Assembly (NCBI GenBank): GCA_964291285.2
Contig: OZ219788.1
Location: 64,001-128,000, forward strand
Direction: 5' to 3'
Length of the DNA: 64,000 nucleotides
Source: Alphaproteobacteria bacterium
Lineage (GTDB): Bacteria > Pseudomonadota > Alphaproteobacteria > Bin95
The position numbers and the translations under genes are program-made. Every line of letters starts with the position of its first letter. Position 1 is the first letter of the stretch. Below are positions 42,769 through 54,199 of this stretch, one piece after another. The notes beneath the pieces are model-generated. The model was not told the DNA's origin. It ran no database searches and saw only the letters and a list, made by a program, of their open reading frames with translations.

Positions 42769-43772
42769 GCCGCCTGCTCCGCCACCCGTTCCCACTCCCA
42801 GCACGCGACCAGGCGGCCTCCGTCCCGATCCTCAAGCTCCGGCACTTCGGCCCGGCACCTGTCCTGCGCGAACGGGCAGCGCGGCGCGAAGGTGCAGCCC
42901 GGCATTTCCTGCCTGAGCGAGGGCACCACGCCCGGTATTTCGGCAAGGCGTCCTCTGTCGCCCGCCAGCGCCCGTGCGGCAAGCTTGGGGATCGAGCCCA
43001 TGAGGCCGAGCGTGTAGGGATGCAGCGGCCGCGCGAAGAGGTCCGCCACCGCCGCCTCTTCCACCTTGCGCCCGGCATACATGACCACGACGCGCTGCGC
43101 CGTCTCCGCCACCACGCCGAGATCGTGGGTGATGAACACGATGGCCGCGCCGATCTGCTCCTTCAACTGCAGCATGAGGTCGAGGATCTGGGCCTGGATC
43201 GTGACATCCAGCGCGGTGGTCGGCTCGTCGGCAATCAGGATCGACGGGTTGCAGGCGAGCGCCATGGCGATCATCACCCGCTGGCGCATGCCGCCCGAAA
43301 GCTGGTGGGGATATTCGCTGGCGCAGCGCCGGGGCTCGGGTATCTGCACGATGTCCAGCATCTCCACCGCCCGCTCGGCGGCGGCGCGGCGGCCGAGGCC
43401 CTGGTGCAGTTCCAGCGATTCCGCAATCTGCCGGCCCACCGGCATGACGGGATTGAGCGAGGTCATCGGCTCCTGGAAGATCATGGAAATCCGGTTGCCG
43501 CGGATGTCGCGCATCCGCTCCTCGCTCGCCAGCAGCAGGTCCTCGCCGTTGAACAGGATGCGCCCCGCCTCGATCTTCGCGGGCGGGACCGGCAGCAACC
43601 GCAGCACCGACATCGCCGTCACGCTCTTGCCGCAGCCGGACTCCCCGACGATGGACAGCGTCTCGCCCCGGTCGACCCGGATCGACACGCCGTCCACGGC
43701 CCGCACGATGCCGTCGCGGGTGTGGAAATGCGTCTTGAGGCCGTCGATCTCGAGGATTGCGCCGTTCGCCAT
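42765..43772 (-). CDS. Peptide-type ABC transporter ATPase (OppD/DppD-like)
   Basis: [16 protein letters not shown] and DEPTTALD. Confidence 0.93.
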   Translation of the reverse strand: MANGAILEIDGLKTHFHTRDGIVRAVDGVSIRVDRGETLSIVGESGCGKSVTAMSVLRLLPVPPAKIEAGRILFNGEDLLLASEERMRDIRGNRISMIFQEPMTSLNPVMPVGRQIAESLELHQGLGRRAAAERAVEMLDIVQIPEPRRCASEYPHQLSGGMRQRVMIAMALACNPSILIADEPTTALDVTIQAQILDLMLQLKEQIGAAIVFITHDLGVVAETAQRVVVMYAGRKVEEAAVADLFARPLHPYTLGLMGSIPKLAARALAGDRGRLAEIPGVVPSLRQEMPGCTFAPRCPFAQDRCRAEVPELEDRDGGRLVACWEWERVAEQAA

Positions 43773-43776
43773 CGGG

Positions 43777-44676
43777 CTACATCCGCCGGGCGATGCGGGG
43801 GTCGAGGGAGTCGCGCAGCCCGTCCCCGAGTATGTTCACCGCCAGCACCGTGACAGCGAGGAAGATGCCGGGGAAGAAGATCATCCAGGGCGCGAACTGG
43901 AAGTAGGTCCGCCCCTCGGCCATGATGTTGCCCCAGCTCGGGATTTCGGGCGGCGTGCCGGCCCCGAGGAACGAGAGGATCGCCTCGATCACCACCGCCG
44001 ACGCGCAGACATAGGTCGCCTGCACGATCAACGGGGCGAGCGTGTTCGGTAGGATGTGCTTCAGCAGAATCTTGGGCAGCTTCGTCCCGACCGAGACAGC
44101 GGCCTCGACATAGGGCTGCTCGCGCACGGTCAGCACAACGGCGCGGACGAGGCGCACGACGCGCGGAATCTCCGGGATCGAGATCGCGATAATGACATTG
44201 ACGATGCTGGCGCCGGCCAAGCTGATGAGCGCAATGGCGAGCAGCACGCCCGGTATGGCCATCAGGCCGTCCATGACCCGCATCACGACCGCATCGACCC
44301 AGCGGATATAGCCCGCAACCAGGCCGACCGAGAGCCCGATGACCGTGCTGATCACCGCCACGGCGACCCCCACCATGAGCGAGATCTGCCCCCCGTAGAT
44401 GGTGCGCGCATAGACGTCGCGCCCGAGGAAATCGGCGCCGAACCAGAAGGCTTCGCTCGGCGCCTTCAGGCGGTTGATCGGGTTCAACCTCAGCGGGTCG
44501 GGCGCAATCAGGGGCGCAGCCACCGCGGACAAGGCCATAAGAACCAGGATGCCGCCGCCGACGATCACCGTCGGGTGGCGGCGCGAATATTCCCGGAAGC
44601 GCGCCCAGGCGCCGGGGCGCGGGCCCTCGTCCTCGACCTCGCCGGGGAACGCGGCGACCTGCGGCGCGTCGGCCAT
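43777..44676 (-). CDS. Peptide-type ABC permease (OppC/DppC-like)
   Basis: LGRDV, EAA loop and [10 protein letters not shown]; start reassigned to 44676. Confidence 0.92.
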   Translation of the reverse strand: MADAPQVAAFPGEVEDEGPRPGAWARFREYSRRHPTVIVGGGILVLMALSAVAAPLIAPDPLRLNPINRLKAPSEAFWFGADFLGRDVYARTIYGGQISLMVGVAVAVISTVIGLSVGLVAGYIRWVDAVVMRVMDGLMAIPGVLLAIALISLAGASIVNVIIAISIPEIPRVVRLVRAVVLTVREQPYVEAAVSVGTKLPKILLKHILPNTLAPLIVQATYVCASAVVIEAILSFLGAGTPPEIPSWGNIMAEGRTYFQFAPWMIFFPGIFLAVTVLAVNILGDGLRDSLDPRIARRM

Positions 44677-45617
44677 CAGTAGCGGATCCTCGGGTCGAGA
44701 ACGGTGTAGGAGAGGTCGATGACGAGGTTCACGATCACATAGGCGCCCGAGAAGATGAGGATGACGCCCTGGATGATCGGGTAGTCGCGCCTCAGCACCG
44801 CGTCGATGGTGAGCCGTCCGAGGCCCGGAATGTTGAAGACGCTTTCCGTGACCACCACGCCGCCGATCAGCAGCGCGATGCCGATGCCGATGATGGTGAC
44901 GATGGGCACCGAGGCGTTGCGGAGCGCGTGGCGGATGAGGAGCGCGTTGTTGTCGAGGCCCTTGGCTCTTGCAGTGCGCATATAGTCCTCGGTCAGCACC
45001 TCGAGCATACTCGCGCGGGTGATGCGGGCGATCAGCGCCACATAGATGATGCCGAGCGCCACCGTGGGCAGGGTGATCGAGCGCAGGAACGGCCAGAAGC
45101 CCTCGCCGATGGGCTTGTAGCCCTGCACCGGGAACCAGCCGAGCGTGATCGAAAAGAGCCACATCATGGCGTAGCCGATGACGAAGACCGGCACCGAGAA
45201 GCCCAGCACGGCGAAGACCATGATGACCCGGTCCGTCAGCGTGCCGGCCTTCCAGGCGGCGATCACGCCCATCGGCACGGCGACGAGGATGGCGAAGATG
45301 ATGGTGGCGATGGCGAGCGCGAGTGTCGGCTCGAGCCGCTGGCCGATCAGCTTGGCGACCGGGAGATTGGAGAAGATCGAGGTGCCGAGATCGCCCGAGA
45401 GCAGGGCCCCCACCCAACTGAAGAACTGGACATGGAGCGGCTCGTTCAGCCCGAGGTTCTCGCGGATTTTCTCGATGTCCTCGGGGCGCGCATAATCGCC
45501 GGCAATAACCACGGCAGGGTCGCCCGGCGTCAGGTGCAGCAGCAGGAAGACGGCAATGCCCACGACCGCCATGACAGGCAGCGTCGCCAGCAGCCGGCGG
45601 GCGATATAGGCGTACAT
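44676..45617 (-). CDS. Peptide-type ABC permease (OppB/DppB-like)
   Basis: PGDPA, TARAKGL, RDYP and DPRIRY. Confidence 0.93.
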   Translation of the reverse strand: MYAYIARRLLATLPVMAVVGIAVFLLLHLTPGDPAVVIAGDYARPEDIEKIRENLGLNEPLHVQFFSWVGALLSGDLGTSIFSNLPVAKLIGQRLEPTLALAIATIIFAILVAVPMGVIAAWKAGTLTDRVIMVFAVLGFSVPVFVIGYAMMWLFSITLGWFPVQGYKPIGEGFWPFLRSITLPTVALGIIYVALIARITRASMLEVLTEDYMRTARAKGLDNNALLIRHALRNASVPIVTIIGIGIALLIGGVVVTESVFNIPGLGRLTIDAVLRRDYPIIQGVILIFSGAYVIVNLVIDLSYTVLDPRIRY

Positions 45618-45639
45618 TCAGATTGCTTCCGAAAGAGAC

Positions 45640-45671
45640 GCCGCCGGGCGGGAACGGCCCCGCCCGGCGGC
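45640..45671. other. Perfect 13-bp GC hairpin between the SBP and permease genes
   Basis: GCCGCCGGGCGGG-aacggc-CCCGCCCGGCGGC; position typical of an mRNA-stabilising or attenuating stem after an SBP gene. Confidence 0.6.
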
Positions 45672-45682
45672 TCCGGAACTCG

Positions 45683-47290
45683 TCATCCGGAGTCCTTGGA
45701 GATGTTCCAGAAGAACGGCACCGGCGAGACCAGTACGCCCTTGAGGCCCTTCCGCCAGGCTACCGGCTGGAACCACTGGCCGTAGTTCACATAGGGCACC
45801 ACATGGCCGAAGAGGCGGCCCTGCAGCTCGTCGATGATCGCCTTCTTCTTCATCGGGTCCGCCTCGCGGGCGAAATCGTCGCGAAGCATCTCGGTCTTCT
45901 CGTCCGTCGGCCAGCCGAACCAGGCCCTTTCGACACCGCCGCCCGACACGCCGATATTGGCGATCGGCGACGTCGCGTCCGCGCCCGTTGCATAGGTGTG
46001 GAAGATGTTCCAACCGCCGTCGGCCGGGCTCTTCTTCTCCGCGCGCCGGGAGGTCAGCGTGGACCAGTCCATCGCCTGCACTTCCACATCCATACCGATG
46101 TCGCGAAGCACCTGCGCCGTCACCAGCGCAGCGGCATTCAGCACCGGAATGTCGGTGGACTGCATCAGGATGATCTTCTCACCCTTGTAGCCGGCTTCGG
46201 CGAGGAGCTGTTTGGCCATCTCCGGATCGTGCGACTGGAGCGCCTCGACCCCGACATCCGACTCGTTCGGCGTGCCGCAGATGAAGTAGGCCGCGCATTC
46301 CTTGTAGAGCTTGGGGTCGCCGACGATGGCTTGCAGATACACCGCCTGGTTCACGGCGTAGAGCAGCGCCTGGCGCGCCTTCGGGTTGTCGAAGGGCGGG
46401 TGCAGGTGGTTCGGCCGGAGCCAGCCTTGCGTGCCGAGCGGGTCGATCACGGCCAGTTCGACATTCTCGTCCTGCTCCAGCAGCTGCACCATGTCGACGG
46501 CCGGCGTCTCCCAGAGATCGACTTCGCCGTTGATGAGCGCGTTCATCGCCGTCGCCGGGTCGGGAATGTAGATCCACTCGACCCGGTCGAAATGCACGAC
46601 CTTGCCGCCGGCGGCGCCCGAAGCGGGCTCGCTGCGCGGCACATAGTCCTCGTTCTTGACATAGACGACCTTGGCGCCCGGCACCCACTCTTCCTTGACG
46701 AACCGGAACGGGCCGGAGCCCACGACTTCCGGCACCTGCTGGTTCGGGTCCGTCTCGGCGTGCTCCTTCTTCATCATGAAGGGGGTGTTGGAGCTGATCT
46801 TGCCGATTGAGTCGAGGACCAGACCGTAGGGCTCGTTGAGCGTGAGCGTGAAGGTCTTGTCGTCGACAGCCTTCAGCTCCTTGGTGAAGTCCATGAGCTT
46901 CTGGCCCATGCCGTCCTTCTGGCCCCAGCGTTTGATGGAGGCCACGCAATCCTCGGCCTTCACCGGGTCGCCGTCATGCCATTTGAGGCCGTCGCGCAAA
47001 GTGAAGGTATAGACGAGGCCGTCATCGCTGACGGAATGCTCGCCGACCATCTGCGGGTGGATGTTCAGCTTTTCGTCCTGGGCGAAAAGCGTGTCATAGA
47101 CCATGTAGCCGTGATTGCGGGTGATGTAGGCCGTGGTCCAGATCGGATCCAGGTTCTTCAGGTCGGCATGCGGCACGATGCGCAGCACCGACTCCGCCGA
47201 TGCCGGCCCGACGCCGAGGCCCAGCGCCATCGGCGCCGCAGCCAGCGCGGCGAGCGCCGCGCGCCGTGTCGCGGTTAAGAGTCGTGGCAT
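45683..47290 (-). CDS. ABC substrate-binding protein, family 5
   Basis: Signal peptide, LDPIWTTAY, YDTLF, TLRDGLKWHDG and GSGPF. Confidence 0.92.
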   Translation of the reverse strand: MPRLLTATRRAALAALAAAPMALGLGVGPASAESVLRIVPHADLKNLDPIWTTAYITRNHGYMVYDTLFAQDEKLNIHPQMVGEHSVSDDGLVYTFTLRDGLKWHDGDPVKAEDCVASIKRWGQKDGMGQKLMDFTKELKAVDDKTFTLTLNEPYGLVLDSIGKISSNTPFMMKKEHAETDPNQQVPEVVGSGPFRFVKEEWVPGAKVVYVKNEDYVPRSEPASGAAGGKVVHFDRVEWIYIPDPATAMNALINGEVDLWETPAVDMVQLLEQDENVELAVIDPLGTQGWLRPNHLHPPFDNPKARQALLYAVNQAVYLQAIVGDPKLYKECAAYFICGTPNESDVGVEALQSHDPEMAKQLLAEAGYKGEKIILMQSTDIPVLNAAALVTAQVLRDIGMDVEVQAMDWSTLTSRRAEKKSPADGGWNIFHTYATGADATSPIANIGVSGGGVERAWFGWPTDEKTEMLRDDFAREADPMKKKAIIDELQGRLFGHVVPYVNYGQWFQPVAWRKGLKGVLVSPVPFFWNISKDSG

Positions 47291-47472
47291 GTTCCCTTGT
47301 CCTCCTCTTGGCTCCCGAGCCGGCCGTACAGCGCCGCTGCCGGACCGCCCGAGCGGCCATGCAACCACGGTTGGGCGCGCTTGTCACCTTCGCCGGCGGC
47401 CGCCCTGTAGGCGGCAATGTCGCGGGCGCAAGACATTGCGCGGCGGCGTGCCTCCTCTATGGTCCTTCGTCC

Positions 47473-49110
47473 ATGACCGACAGCTTCGACTATGTGATCG
47501 TCGGCTCCGGCACGGCCGGGTCCGTGCTGGCGTCCCGGCTCGCGGTCGGCGGCATCCATTCCGTGTGCGTGCTGGAGGCCGGGCCGCCGGACCGCCACCC
47601 GTTCATCCACATCCCCGCCGGCTTCATGAAGACGCTGACGAACCCTGCCGTGAACTGGCTCTATTCCGCCGAGCCCGGCGAGTGGACCGGCGGCCGGCGC
47701 ATCCACGCGCCGCGCGGCAAGACGCTCGGCGGCTCCAGTTCGATCAACGGCCACATCTACAACCGCGGCCAGCGGCTCGACTATGACGGCTGGGCGCAGC
47801 TCGGCAATCGCGGCTGGGGCTATGCCGACGTGCTGCCCTATTTCAAGCGCACGGAGAGGCGCATCGGCGAGGGCGACGACACCTTCCGCGGCCGCGAGGG
47901 CGGCCTCGTCGTGACCGACAACCCCTACCGCCACCCGCTCTGCGAGGCCTTCATCGAAGGCGCGGTCGGGTTCGGCATTCCCCGCAACCCGGACTATAAC
48001 GGCGCCGACCAGGACGGCGTCGGCTATTTCCAGCGCGCGATCCACAACAACCGGCGGGTAAGCGCGGCGCGGGGCTTCCTGCATCCGGCCATGCGCAAGC
48101 GCGGCGCGATGCTCGACGTGCGCACTCACGCCCATGCGACGCGCATCCTGTTCGAGGGCAGGCGCGCGGCCGGCGTGCGCTACCGCACCGACGGCAACCC
48201 CTACGAGGTGCGCGCCCGCCGTGAGGTCATCCTTTGCGGCGGCACGGTCAACTCGCCCCAATTGCTGCAGGTCTCGGGCGTGGGGCCGCCCGAATTGCTG
48301 GGCCGTTTCGGCATCCCCGTGCTGCACGCGCTGCCCGGCGTCGGCGAGAACCTGCACGATCACTACGCCGTGCGGATCGTCGCGCGGGTCAGGGACATGG
48401 AGACGATCAATCAGCGCGTCCGGGGGCCGGCCCTGCTTGCCGAGATCGCCCGCTACTTCGCCGGCGGCACGAGCGTGCTGGGGCTCGCGCCGTCGCTGGT
48501 GCATGTGTTCTGGAAATCGGACCCGTCGCTCGACAAGGGCGACCTCCAGATGACCTTCACGCCGGCCAGCTACAGGGAAGGCGTGCAGGCCGCGCTCGAC
48601 GACTATCCCGCCATGACGATTGCGCCCTGGCAGCAGCGCCCGGAGAGCCGGGGCCATATCCGCATCGCCTCCGCCGACCCATTGGCGCCGCCCGAAATCC
48701 AGCCCAACTACCTCGCGCACGAGATGGACCGGCAGGTGCTGCTGGGCGGCCTCCGGCTCGCGCGCCGCCTGATGCGCACACCGGAACTGGCGCCCTACAA
48801 CGCCGGCGAGGAGTATCCGGGCGACGGCGTGGAGACCGACGATGAGTGGCTCGACGTCGCCCGCCAGCGCGGCACGACCACCTTCCACCTGGTCGGAAGC
48901 TGCCATATGGGGCCGGACACGGACCCGCTCGCCGTCGTGGATGACAGCCTGCGCGTCCGCGGGCTGGACGGCCTCAGGATCGCCGACGCCTCGATCATTC
49001 CGCGCATGCCGTCGGCCAATACCAACGCCGCCACCTTCATGATCGCGGAGAAGGCCGCCGACATGATCCTCGACCGGGCGGCGCCTGCGCCCGTCACCCT
49101 TCCCGACTGA
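47473..49110 (+). CDS. GMC family oxidoreductase
   Basis: GSGTAG, RGKTLGGSSSING and GENLHDH; paralogue of 4773-6365. Confidence 0.92.
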   Translation: MTDSFDYVIVGSGTAGSVLASRLAVGGIHSVCVLEAGPPDRHPFIHIPAGFMKTLTNPAVNWLYSAEPGEWTGGRRIHAPRGKTLGGSSSINGHIYNRGQRLDYDGWAQLGNRGWGYADVLPYFKRTERRIGEGDDTFRGREGGLVVTDNPYRHPLCEAFIEGAVGFGIPRNPDYNGADQDGVGYFQRAIHNNRRVSAARGFLHPAMRKRGAMLDVRTHAHATRILFEGRRAAGVRYRTDGNPYEVRARREVILCGGTVNSPQLLQVSGVGPPELLGRFGIPVLHALPGVGENLHDHYAVRIVARVRDMETINQRVRGPALLAEIARYFAGGTSVLGLAPSLVHVFWKSDPSLDKGDLQMTFTPASYREGVQAALDDYPAMTIAPWQQRPESRGHIRIASADPLAPPEIQPNYLAHEMDRQVLLGGLRLARRLMRTPELAPYNAGEEYPGDGVETDDEWLDVARQRGTTTFHLVGSCHMGPDTDPLAVVDDSLRVRGLDGLRIADASIIPRMPSANTNAATFMIAEKAADMILDRAAPAPVTLPD

Positions 49111-49127
49111 CGGGGCAAGCCCGGACC

Positions 49128-50492
49128 GTGGCCGCAGCCGACCTCCTGCCGCTGTTCATGTTCGCGGCGCTCGCCGCATTCCTGTTCACGGGTTTTCCGG
49201 TGGCCTTCGGGCTCGCGGGCCTGACGATCCTGTTCGGCATCGTCGGCAACCTCATGGGCGTGTTCGAATACATCGAGTTCACCAACATGGTGTACCGCAT
49301 CTGGGGCGGCGTGGCGGAGAACCTGGTGCTGACGGCCGTGCCGACCTTCGTTTTCATGGGCGTGATGATGGAGCGGAGCGGCATCGCGCAGGACCTGCTC
49401 TACTGCCTCCAGGTGCTGCTGAAGCGCGTGCCCGGAGGCCTTGCGCTGTCGGTCACCGTGATGGGCACCATCATGGCGGCGATGACCGGCATCATCGGCG
49501 CGTCGGTCACGCTGATGAGCGTGCTCGCCCTGCCCCACATGCTGAAGGCGAAATACGACCACGCGCTCGCCTGCGGCACCATCTGCGCCGCCGGCACGCT
49601 CGGCATCCTCATTCCGCCTTCGATCCTGCTGGTCATCATGGGCGACCTGATGGCGGTCTCGGTCGGCAACCTCTTCCTCGCCGCCCTCTTCCCCGGCCTG
49701 CTGCTCTCCGGCCTCTACTTCGTCTACATCTCTTCCTACTCCGCCATCCGCCCGCAGGTGGCCCCGCCGCTCGCGGATCTCGACACGCCGCAGACCGTTC
49801 CGGCCTATGCGGGCATGCTGCTCAAGGGCTTTATCCCGCCGGCGGTGCTCATCCTGATGATCAAGGTCGCGATCTTCGGCGGCTGGGCGACGCCCACGGA
49901 GGGCGGCGCGGTGGGCGCATTCGGTGCAACGCTGCTCGCAATCGCCAACGGCCGCTTCACGCTCGAGCTGATGAAAGACTGCTGCGACCGCACGGCGCTC
50001 ACCGTGGCGATGATCTTCTTCGTCTTCGTCGGCGCCACCGGCTTCTCCTATGTCTTCCGCTCGCTCGGCGGCGACGAGGTGGTGGACCATCTCATCCTCT
50101 CCGTCGGCCTCGGGAACTGGGGCCTGCTGATCGTGCTCATGGCGATCGTGTTCGTGCTGGGCTTCTTCCTGGACTGGGTCGAGATCACGCTGATCGTGCT
50201 GCCGGTCTTCCTGCCCATCGTCGACATGCTGACCTTCGGCGCGCATGTGCCGGATCACGAGGTCATTTACTGGTTCGCGATCCTGATCGCGGTCAATCTC
50301 CAGACCTCGTTCCTCACGCCCCCCTTCGGCTTTGCGCTCTTCTACATGAAGGGCGTGGCGCCGCCGGAAGTGAAGCTGACGGCGATCTACAAGGGCATCG
50401 TGCCCTTCGTGATCCTGCAGGTGATCGGCCTCACGACGGTCATCGCCTGGCCCGATATCGCGCTCTGGCTGCCCCGCCAATTGCTGGACTGA
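49128..50492 (+). CDS. TRAP transporter large permease (DctM)
   Basis: [16 protein letters not shown] and SFLTPPFG. Confidence 0.9.
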   Translation: MAAADLLPLFMFAALAAFLFTGFPVAFGLAGLTILFGIVGNLMGVFEYIEFTNMVYRIWGGVAENLVLTAVPTFVFMGVMMERSGIAQDLLYCLQVLLKRVPGGLALSVTVMGTIMAAMTGIIGASVTLMSVLALPHMLKAKYDHALACGTICAAGTLGILIPPSILLVIMGDLMAVSVGNLFLAALFPGLLLSGLYFVYISSYSAIRPQVAPPLADLDTPQTVPAYAGMLLKGFIPPAVLILMIKVAIFGGWATPTEGGAVGAFGATLLAIANGRFTLELMKDCCDRTALTVAMIFFVFVGATGFSYVFRSLGGDEVVDHLILSVGLGNWGLLIVLMAIVFVLGFFLDWVEITLIVLPVFLPIVDMLTFGAHVPDHEVIYWFAILIAVNLQTSFLTPPFGFALFYMKGVAPPEVKLTAIYKGIVPFVILQVIGLTTVIAWPDIALWLPRQLLD

Positions 50493-50532
50493 CCGCTTGC
50501 CCCCGCCGGCCCGTTCGGGCGAAACTGGAGCC

Positions 50533-51585
50533 ATGAACGACGCTCCGGACTCCGGCGAACCCGGCGGCGGACCGGCGGTTCGCCCGGAATGGGAGGCCAC
50601 GGCGCCGACCAGGCGGGAGACGGTGCCGGCGCTTGAGGAAATTCTGAACGAGCCGTTCAGGGCGCTGGACCACGGCTTCGTGCGCGTCGTCGATTACATG
50701 GGCAGCGACAACGCCATCGTGCAGGCGGCGCGCGTTTCCTACGGCAAGGGCACCAAGCGCAGCTCCACCGATGCGGCGCTCATCCGCTACCTGCTCCGCC
50801 ACCGCCACACCACGCCGTTCGAGATGTGCGAGATCAAGCTGCACATCAAGCTGCCGATCTTCGTCGCCCGGCAGTGGATCCGCCACCGGACGGCGAATGT
50901 GAACGAGTATTCCGCCCGCTATTCGAAGATGGACCGGGAGTATTACATTCCCGATCCGGAACACCTGCAGGCCCTGCTGGAGGACCGCAACCGCAAGCGG
51001 CGCGAACGGGAAGCCTGGCCCGACCTGTTCGAGCCCCGCCAACCGGAAGAGCCTGCAACGCTCGCCGCCCAGTCGGACACGAACAGGCAAGGCCGCGAAG
51101 GCCGGCTGACAGCGGCTGAGGTCCACGATTCCCTGTCCAGGCTGGACTGGGTCTCGAGCCGGACCTACGGCGTCTACAAGAACCTGCTGAACGAAGACGA
51201 GGACGGCGAAAAAATCCGGGAAGACAGGTCTGGAATCGCGCGCGAGCTCGCCCGTTCCGTCCTGCCGGTCAACTACTACACCCAGTTTTATTGGAAGTGC
51301 GACCTGCACAACCTGATGCACTTCCTTTCGCTACGCGCCGACAGCCACGCGCAATACGAAATCCGCGCCTATGCCGACCTCATTCTCGACGAGATCGTGA
51401 AGCGCTGGGTGCCGGTGACATACCGCGCTTTCCAGGACTATGTGCATCATGCCGCCTCCCTTTCGGCCGGGGCTCTCGACGTGGTGCGGCGCATGCTGGC
51501 GGGAGAGCGGGTCGAGCAGCCGGACAGCGGCCTCGGCGCGCGCGAATGGCGTGAACTCATGGCCATTCTGGACAAAGAACCTTAG
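50533..51585 (+). CDS. thyX: FAD-dependent thymidylate synthase
   Basis: AARVSY, HTTPFE and [14 protein letters not shown] motifs. Confidence 0.95.
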   Translation: MNDAPDSGEPGGGPAVRPEWEATAPTRRETVPALEEILNEPFRALDHGFVRVVDYMGSDNAIVQAARVSYGKGTKRSSTDAALIRYLLRHRHTTPFEMCEIKLHIKLPIFVARQWIRHRTANVNEYSARYSKMDREYYIPDPEHLQALLEDRNRKRREREAWPDLFEPRQPEEPATLAAQSDTNRQGREGRLTAAEVHDSLSRLDWVSSRTYGVYKNLLNEDEDGEKIREDRSGIARELARSVLPVNYYTQFYWKCDLHNLMHFLSLRADSHAQYEIRAYADLILDEIVKRWVPVTYRAFQDYVHHAASLSAGALDVVRRMLAGERVEQPDSGLGAREWRELMAILDKEP

Positions 51586-51613
51586 CCGCCGGCTTCAACT
51601 CTCGGAGAAAGCA

Positions 51614-52024
51614 ATGAAAATCGAACTCCACCACATCAATGTCTGCACCAAGAATGTGCCCGGGCTGGACGAGTTCTACCGCTCGGTCTTCGGCATGGAG
51701 ACCATGGAGGGGCGCGAAGGCAACCGGAACCTGAACCAGGGCTATTCGGGCGGCGTGTCGTTCCTGACCGACGGGCGCACCGAGTTCCACCTCGCCACGC
51801 AGGACCTAGGCGTCGGGCACCGCATGGGCCACGCCGTCAACCCGCTCGAGCGCGGGCATATCGCCTTCCGCACGGACGATATCGAGGCGGTCAAGCAGCG
51901 CCTGACCGACCTCGGCATTCCCTTCTCGGACTACGGCGCCTGGGCCATGGGCGGCTGGTACCAGATTTTCTTCCAGGACCCCGAAGGCACGATCATCGAG
52001 ATACACCAGCCGGGCTACGAATGA
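51614..52024 (+). CDS. VOC (glyoxalase-like) family protein
   Basis: LHHIN, GHIAFRTDD and FFQDPEGTIIE. Confidence 0.85.
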   Translation: MKIELHHINVCTKNVPGLDEFYRSVFGMETMEGREGNRNLNQGYSGGVSFLTDGRTEFHLATQDLGVGHRMGHAVNPLERGHIAFRTDDIEAVKQRLTDLGIPFSDYGAWAMGGWYQIFFQDPEGTIIEIHQPGYE

Positions 52025-52072
52025 CGGCGGGCGGCTTATACTGCCGCTACCTTCACACGGGATATCAACATC

Positions 52073-53017
52073 ATGCAGTTTCGCAATCTGGGCCGCTCCG
52101 GCCTGCAGGTCTCGCTCGTCGGCGTGGGTTGCAACAATTTCGGCCAGCGGCTCGACCAGGCCGGCACCGACGCCGTGGTCCATGCCGCGCTCGACGCGGG
52201 CATCACGCTGTTCGACACCGCCGACATCTATGGCGGGCGGGGCAAGTCCGAAGAATTTCTCGGCAAGTCGCTGGGACCGCGCCGCAAGGACATCGTGCTC
52301 GCCAGCAAATTCGGGATGCGCATGGCGGACGGGCCCTACGGCATCGGCGCGGCGCGCTTTTACATCATGCACGCGGTCGAGGCGAGCCTCCGGCGGCTCG
52401 GCACGGACTGGATCGACCTCTACCAGCTCCACCAGCCCGACCCGCTGACCCCCGTCGAGGAGACGCTGCGCGCGCTCGACGACCTCATCCGCCAGGGCAA
52501 GGTGCGCTATATCGGCCATTCCAATTTCACCGCCTGGCAGACGGTCGAGGCGGAACTCACCGCCGAGATGCACGGCCTCAACGCCTTCGTCTCCGCGCAG
52601 GACGAATACAGCCTCGCCATGCGCGGCCTGGAAGACGACCGGCTGGCGATGATGGAGAAATACGATCTCGGGCTGCTGCCCTTCTTCCCGCTGGCGAGCG
52701 GCCTGCTTACCGGCAAACACGGCGACAAGCCGCTCGCCGGAACGCGCATGGCGGATTCGAGCCGCTTCATCGAACGCTACTGGACGGACGCCAATCTCGC
52801 CATGGTGCGGGAGCTCACCGCCTTCGCCCGCGAACGCGGCCGGACCATGCTCGACCTCGCCATGTCGTGGCTGGCGGCGCGCCCGCAGGTCTCCAGCGTC
52901 ATTGCCGGCGCCATGTCGCCCGAGCAGATCCGGACCAATGCCGTCGCCTGCGACTGGGTGATGACCGCGGACGAGCTGGCGGCCATAGACGAGATCTGGG
53001 ACCGCACGCACTCATGA
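52073..53017 (+). CDS. Aldo/keto reductase
   Basis: LGRSGLQVS, FDTADIYG and SLRRLGTDWIDLYQLH. Confidence 0.92.
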   Translation: MQFRNLGRSGLQVSLVGVGCNNFGQRLDQAGTDAVVHAALDAGITLFDTADIYGGRGKSEEFLGKSLGPRRKDIVLASKFGMRMADGPYGIGAARFYIMHAVEASLRRLGTDWIDLYQLHQPDPLTPVEETLRALDDLIRQGKVRYIGHSNFTAWQTVEAELTAEMHGLNAFVSAQDEYSLAMRGLEDDRLAMMEKYDLGLLPFFPLASGLLTGKHGDKPLAGTRMADSSRFIERYWTDANLAMVRELTAFARERGRTMLDLAMSWLAARPQVSSVIAGAMSPEQIRTNAVACDWVMTADELAAIDEIWDRTHS

Positions 53018-54195
53018 ACATGCCGCGCGCCGCCGGGCGCCCTTTCATGGCCCTGCCGGGGCCGACCAACATCCCGGAGCCGATCCTCCGGGCGATGGAC
53101 CGCCCGACCGAGGATTTCAACAGCCCGGCCTTCGAGGCGCTGGCGGCCGGCTGCTACCGCGACCTGAAGCGGGTGTTCAAGACGGATGGCACCATCCTGT
53201 GCTGGGCCTCCTCCGGCCACGGCGCCTGGGAGAGCACCATCGTCAACCTGTTCCGCGCGGGCGATACCATCGTTATCCCGGAGACGGGCGCGTTTTCGAC
53301 ATGGTGGGCGGAAATGGCCGGCCTCTTCGGGGTCGAGGTCATCACGCTTCCGGGCGACTGGCGCAGCGCCGCCGATCCGGACGCGGTCGAGGACGTGCTG
53401 CGGAAGGACACGGGCCGGCGGATCAAGGCGGTCGGAATCGTCCACAGCGAAACCTCGACGGGCGTGCTGAGCGATGTGGCTGCGGTCCGTCGCGCCATGG
53501 ACGCGGCCGGCCACGACGCGCTCCTGATGGTCGATACCATCTCCTCGCTCGCCTCCATGGACTACCGCATGGACGAGTGGCGCGTCGATGTCACCGTCGG
53601 CGGCTCGCAGAAGGGGCTGATGCTGCCGACCGGCCTCGGCATCGTCGGCCTGAACGATCGGGCGCTGACCGTCGCCAGGGACGGCGGCTCGCCGCGCCGC
53701 TACTGGAGCTGGCAGCGCATGCTGGACCTTGGCGGCGAGTTGCCGAAATTCCCCGGCACGGCGCCGACGCAGATCTTCTCCGGCATGCGCGTCTCGCTCG
53801 ACATACTTTTCGAGGAGGGGCTCGACAATGTGTTCGCCCGCCACCGCCGGATGGCGGACCTTGTGCGGCTCGCCGTCGAGGAATGGGGGCTCGAACTGAA
53901 TGCGCGCCGCCGGGAAGAACGCTCCGACACGGTGACTGCGGTGCGCTGGCCGGAAGGCCATGACCCGAACGCCTTCCGCGACAGCCTGCGCGACCGCTTC
54001 AACGTCGCCGTCAGCCACGGCCTGCTAGACCTCGCCGGCAAGATTGTCCGCATCGGCCATCTGGGGGACCTGAACGAGACGATGGTCCTCGGCCTTCTCG
54101 GCGCTATCGAGGCCAATCTCGCGATAGACGGCGTTCCCCACACGCCCGGCGGCACGCAGGCGGCCATAGAGCGCGTAGCGGCAAACGGGGTCTGA
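53014..54195 (+). CDS. Class V aminotransferase (serine/alanine-glyoxylate type)
   Basis: PGPT, HSETSTG, GSQKG PLP lysine and RIGHLG. Confidence 0.9.
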   Translation: MNMPRAAGRPFMALPGPTNIPEPILRAMDRPTEDFNSPAFEALAAGCYRDLKRVFKTDGTILCWASSGHGAWESTIVNLFRAGDTIVIPETGAFSTWWAEMAGLFGVEVITLPGDWRSAADPDAVEDVLRKDTGRRIKAVGIVHSETSTGVLSDVAAVRRAMDAAGHDALLMVDTISSLASMDYRMDEWRVDVTVGGSQKGLMLPTGLGIVGLNDRALTVARDGGSPRRYWSWQRMLDLGGELPKFPGTAPTQIFSGMRVSLDILFEEGLDNVFARHRRMADLVRLAVEEWGLELNARRREERSDTVTAVRWPEGHDPNAFRDSLRDRFNVAVSHGLLDLAGKIVRIGHLGDLNETMVLGLLGAIEANLAIDGVPHTPGGTQAAIERVAANGV

Positions 54196-54199
54196 AGCC

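Noticed and set aside
52021-54195. Apparent 724-aa aminotransferase fusion (likewise the 665/684-aa ORFs at 22671-24734)
   Set aside because: The N-terminal extensions overlap other genuine genes; true starts are 53014, 23447 and 23562
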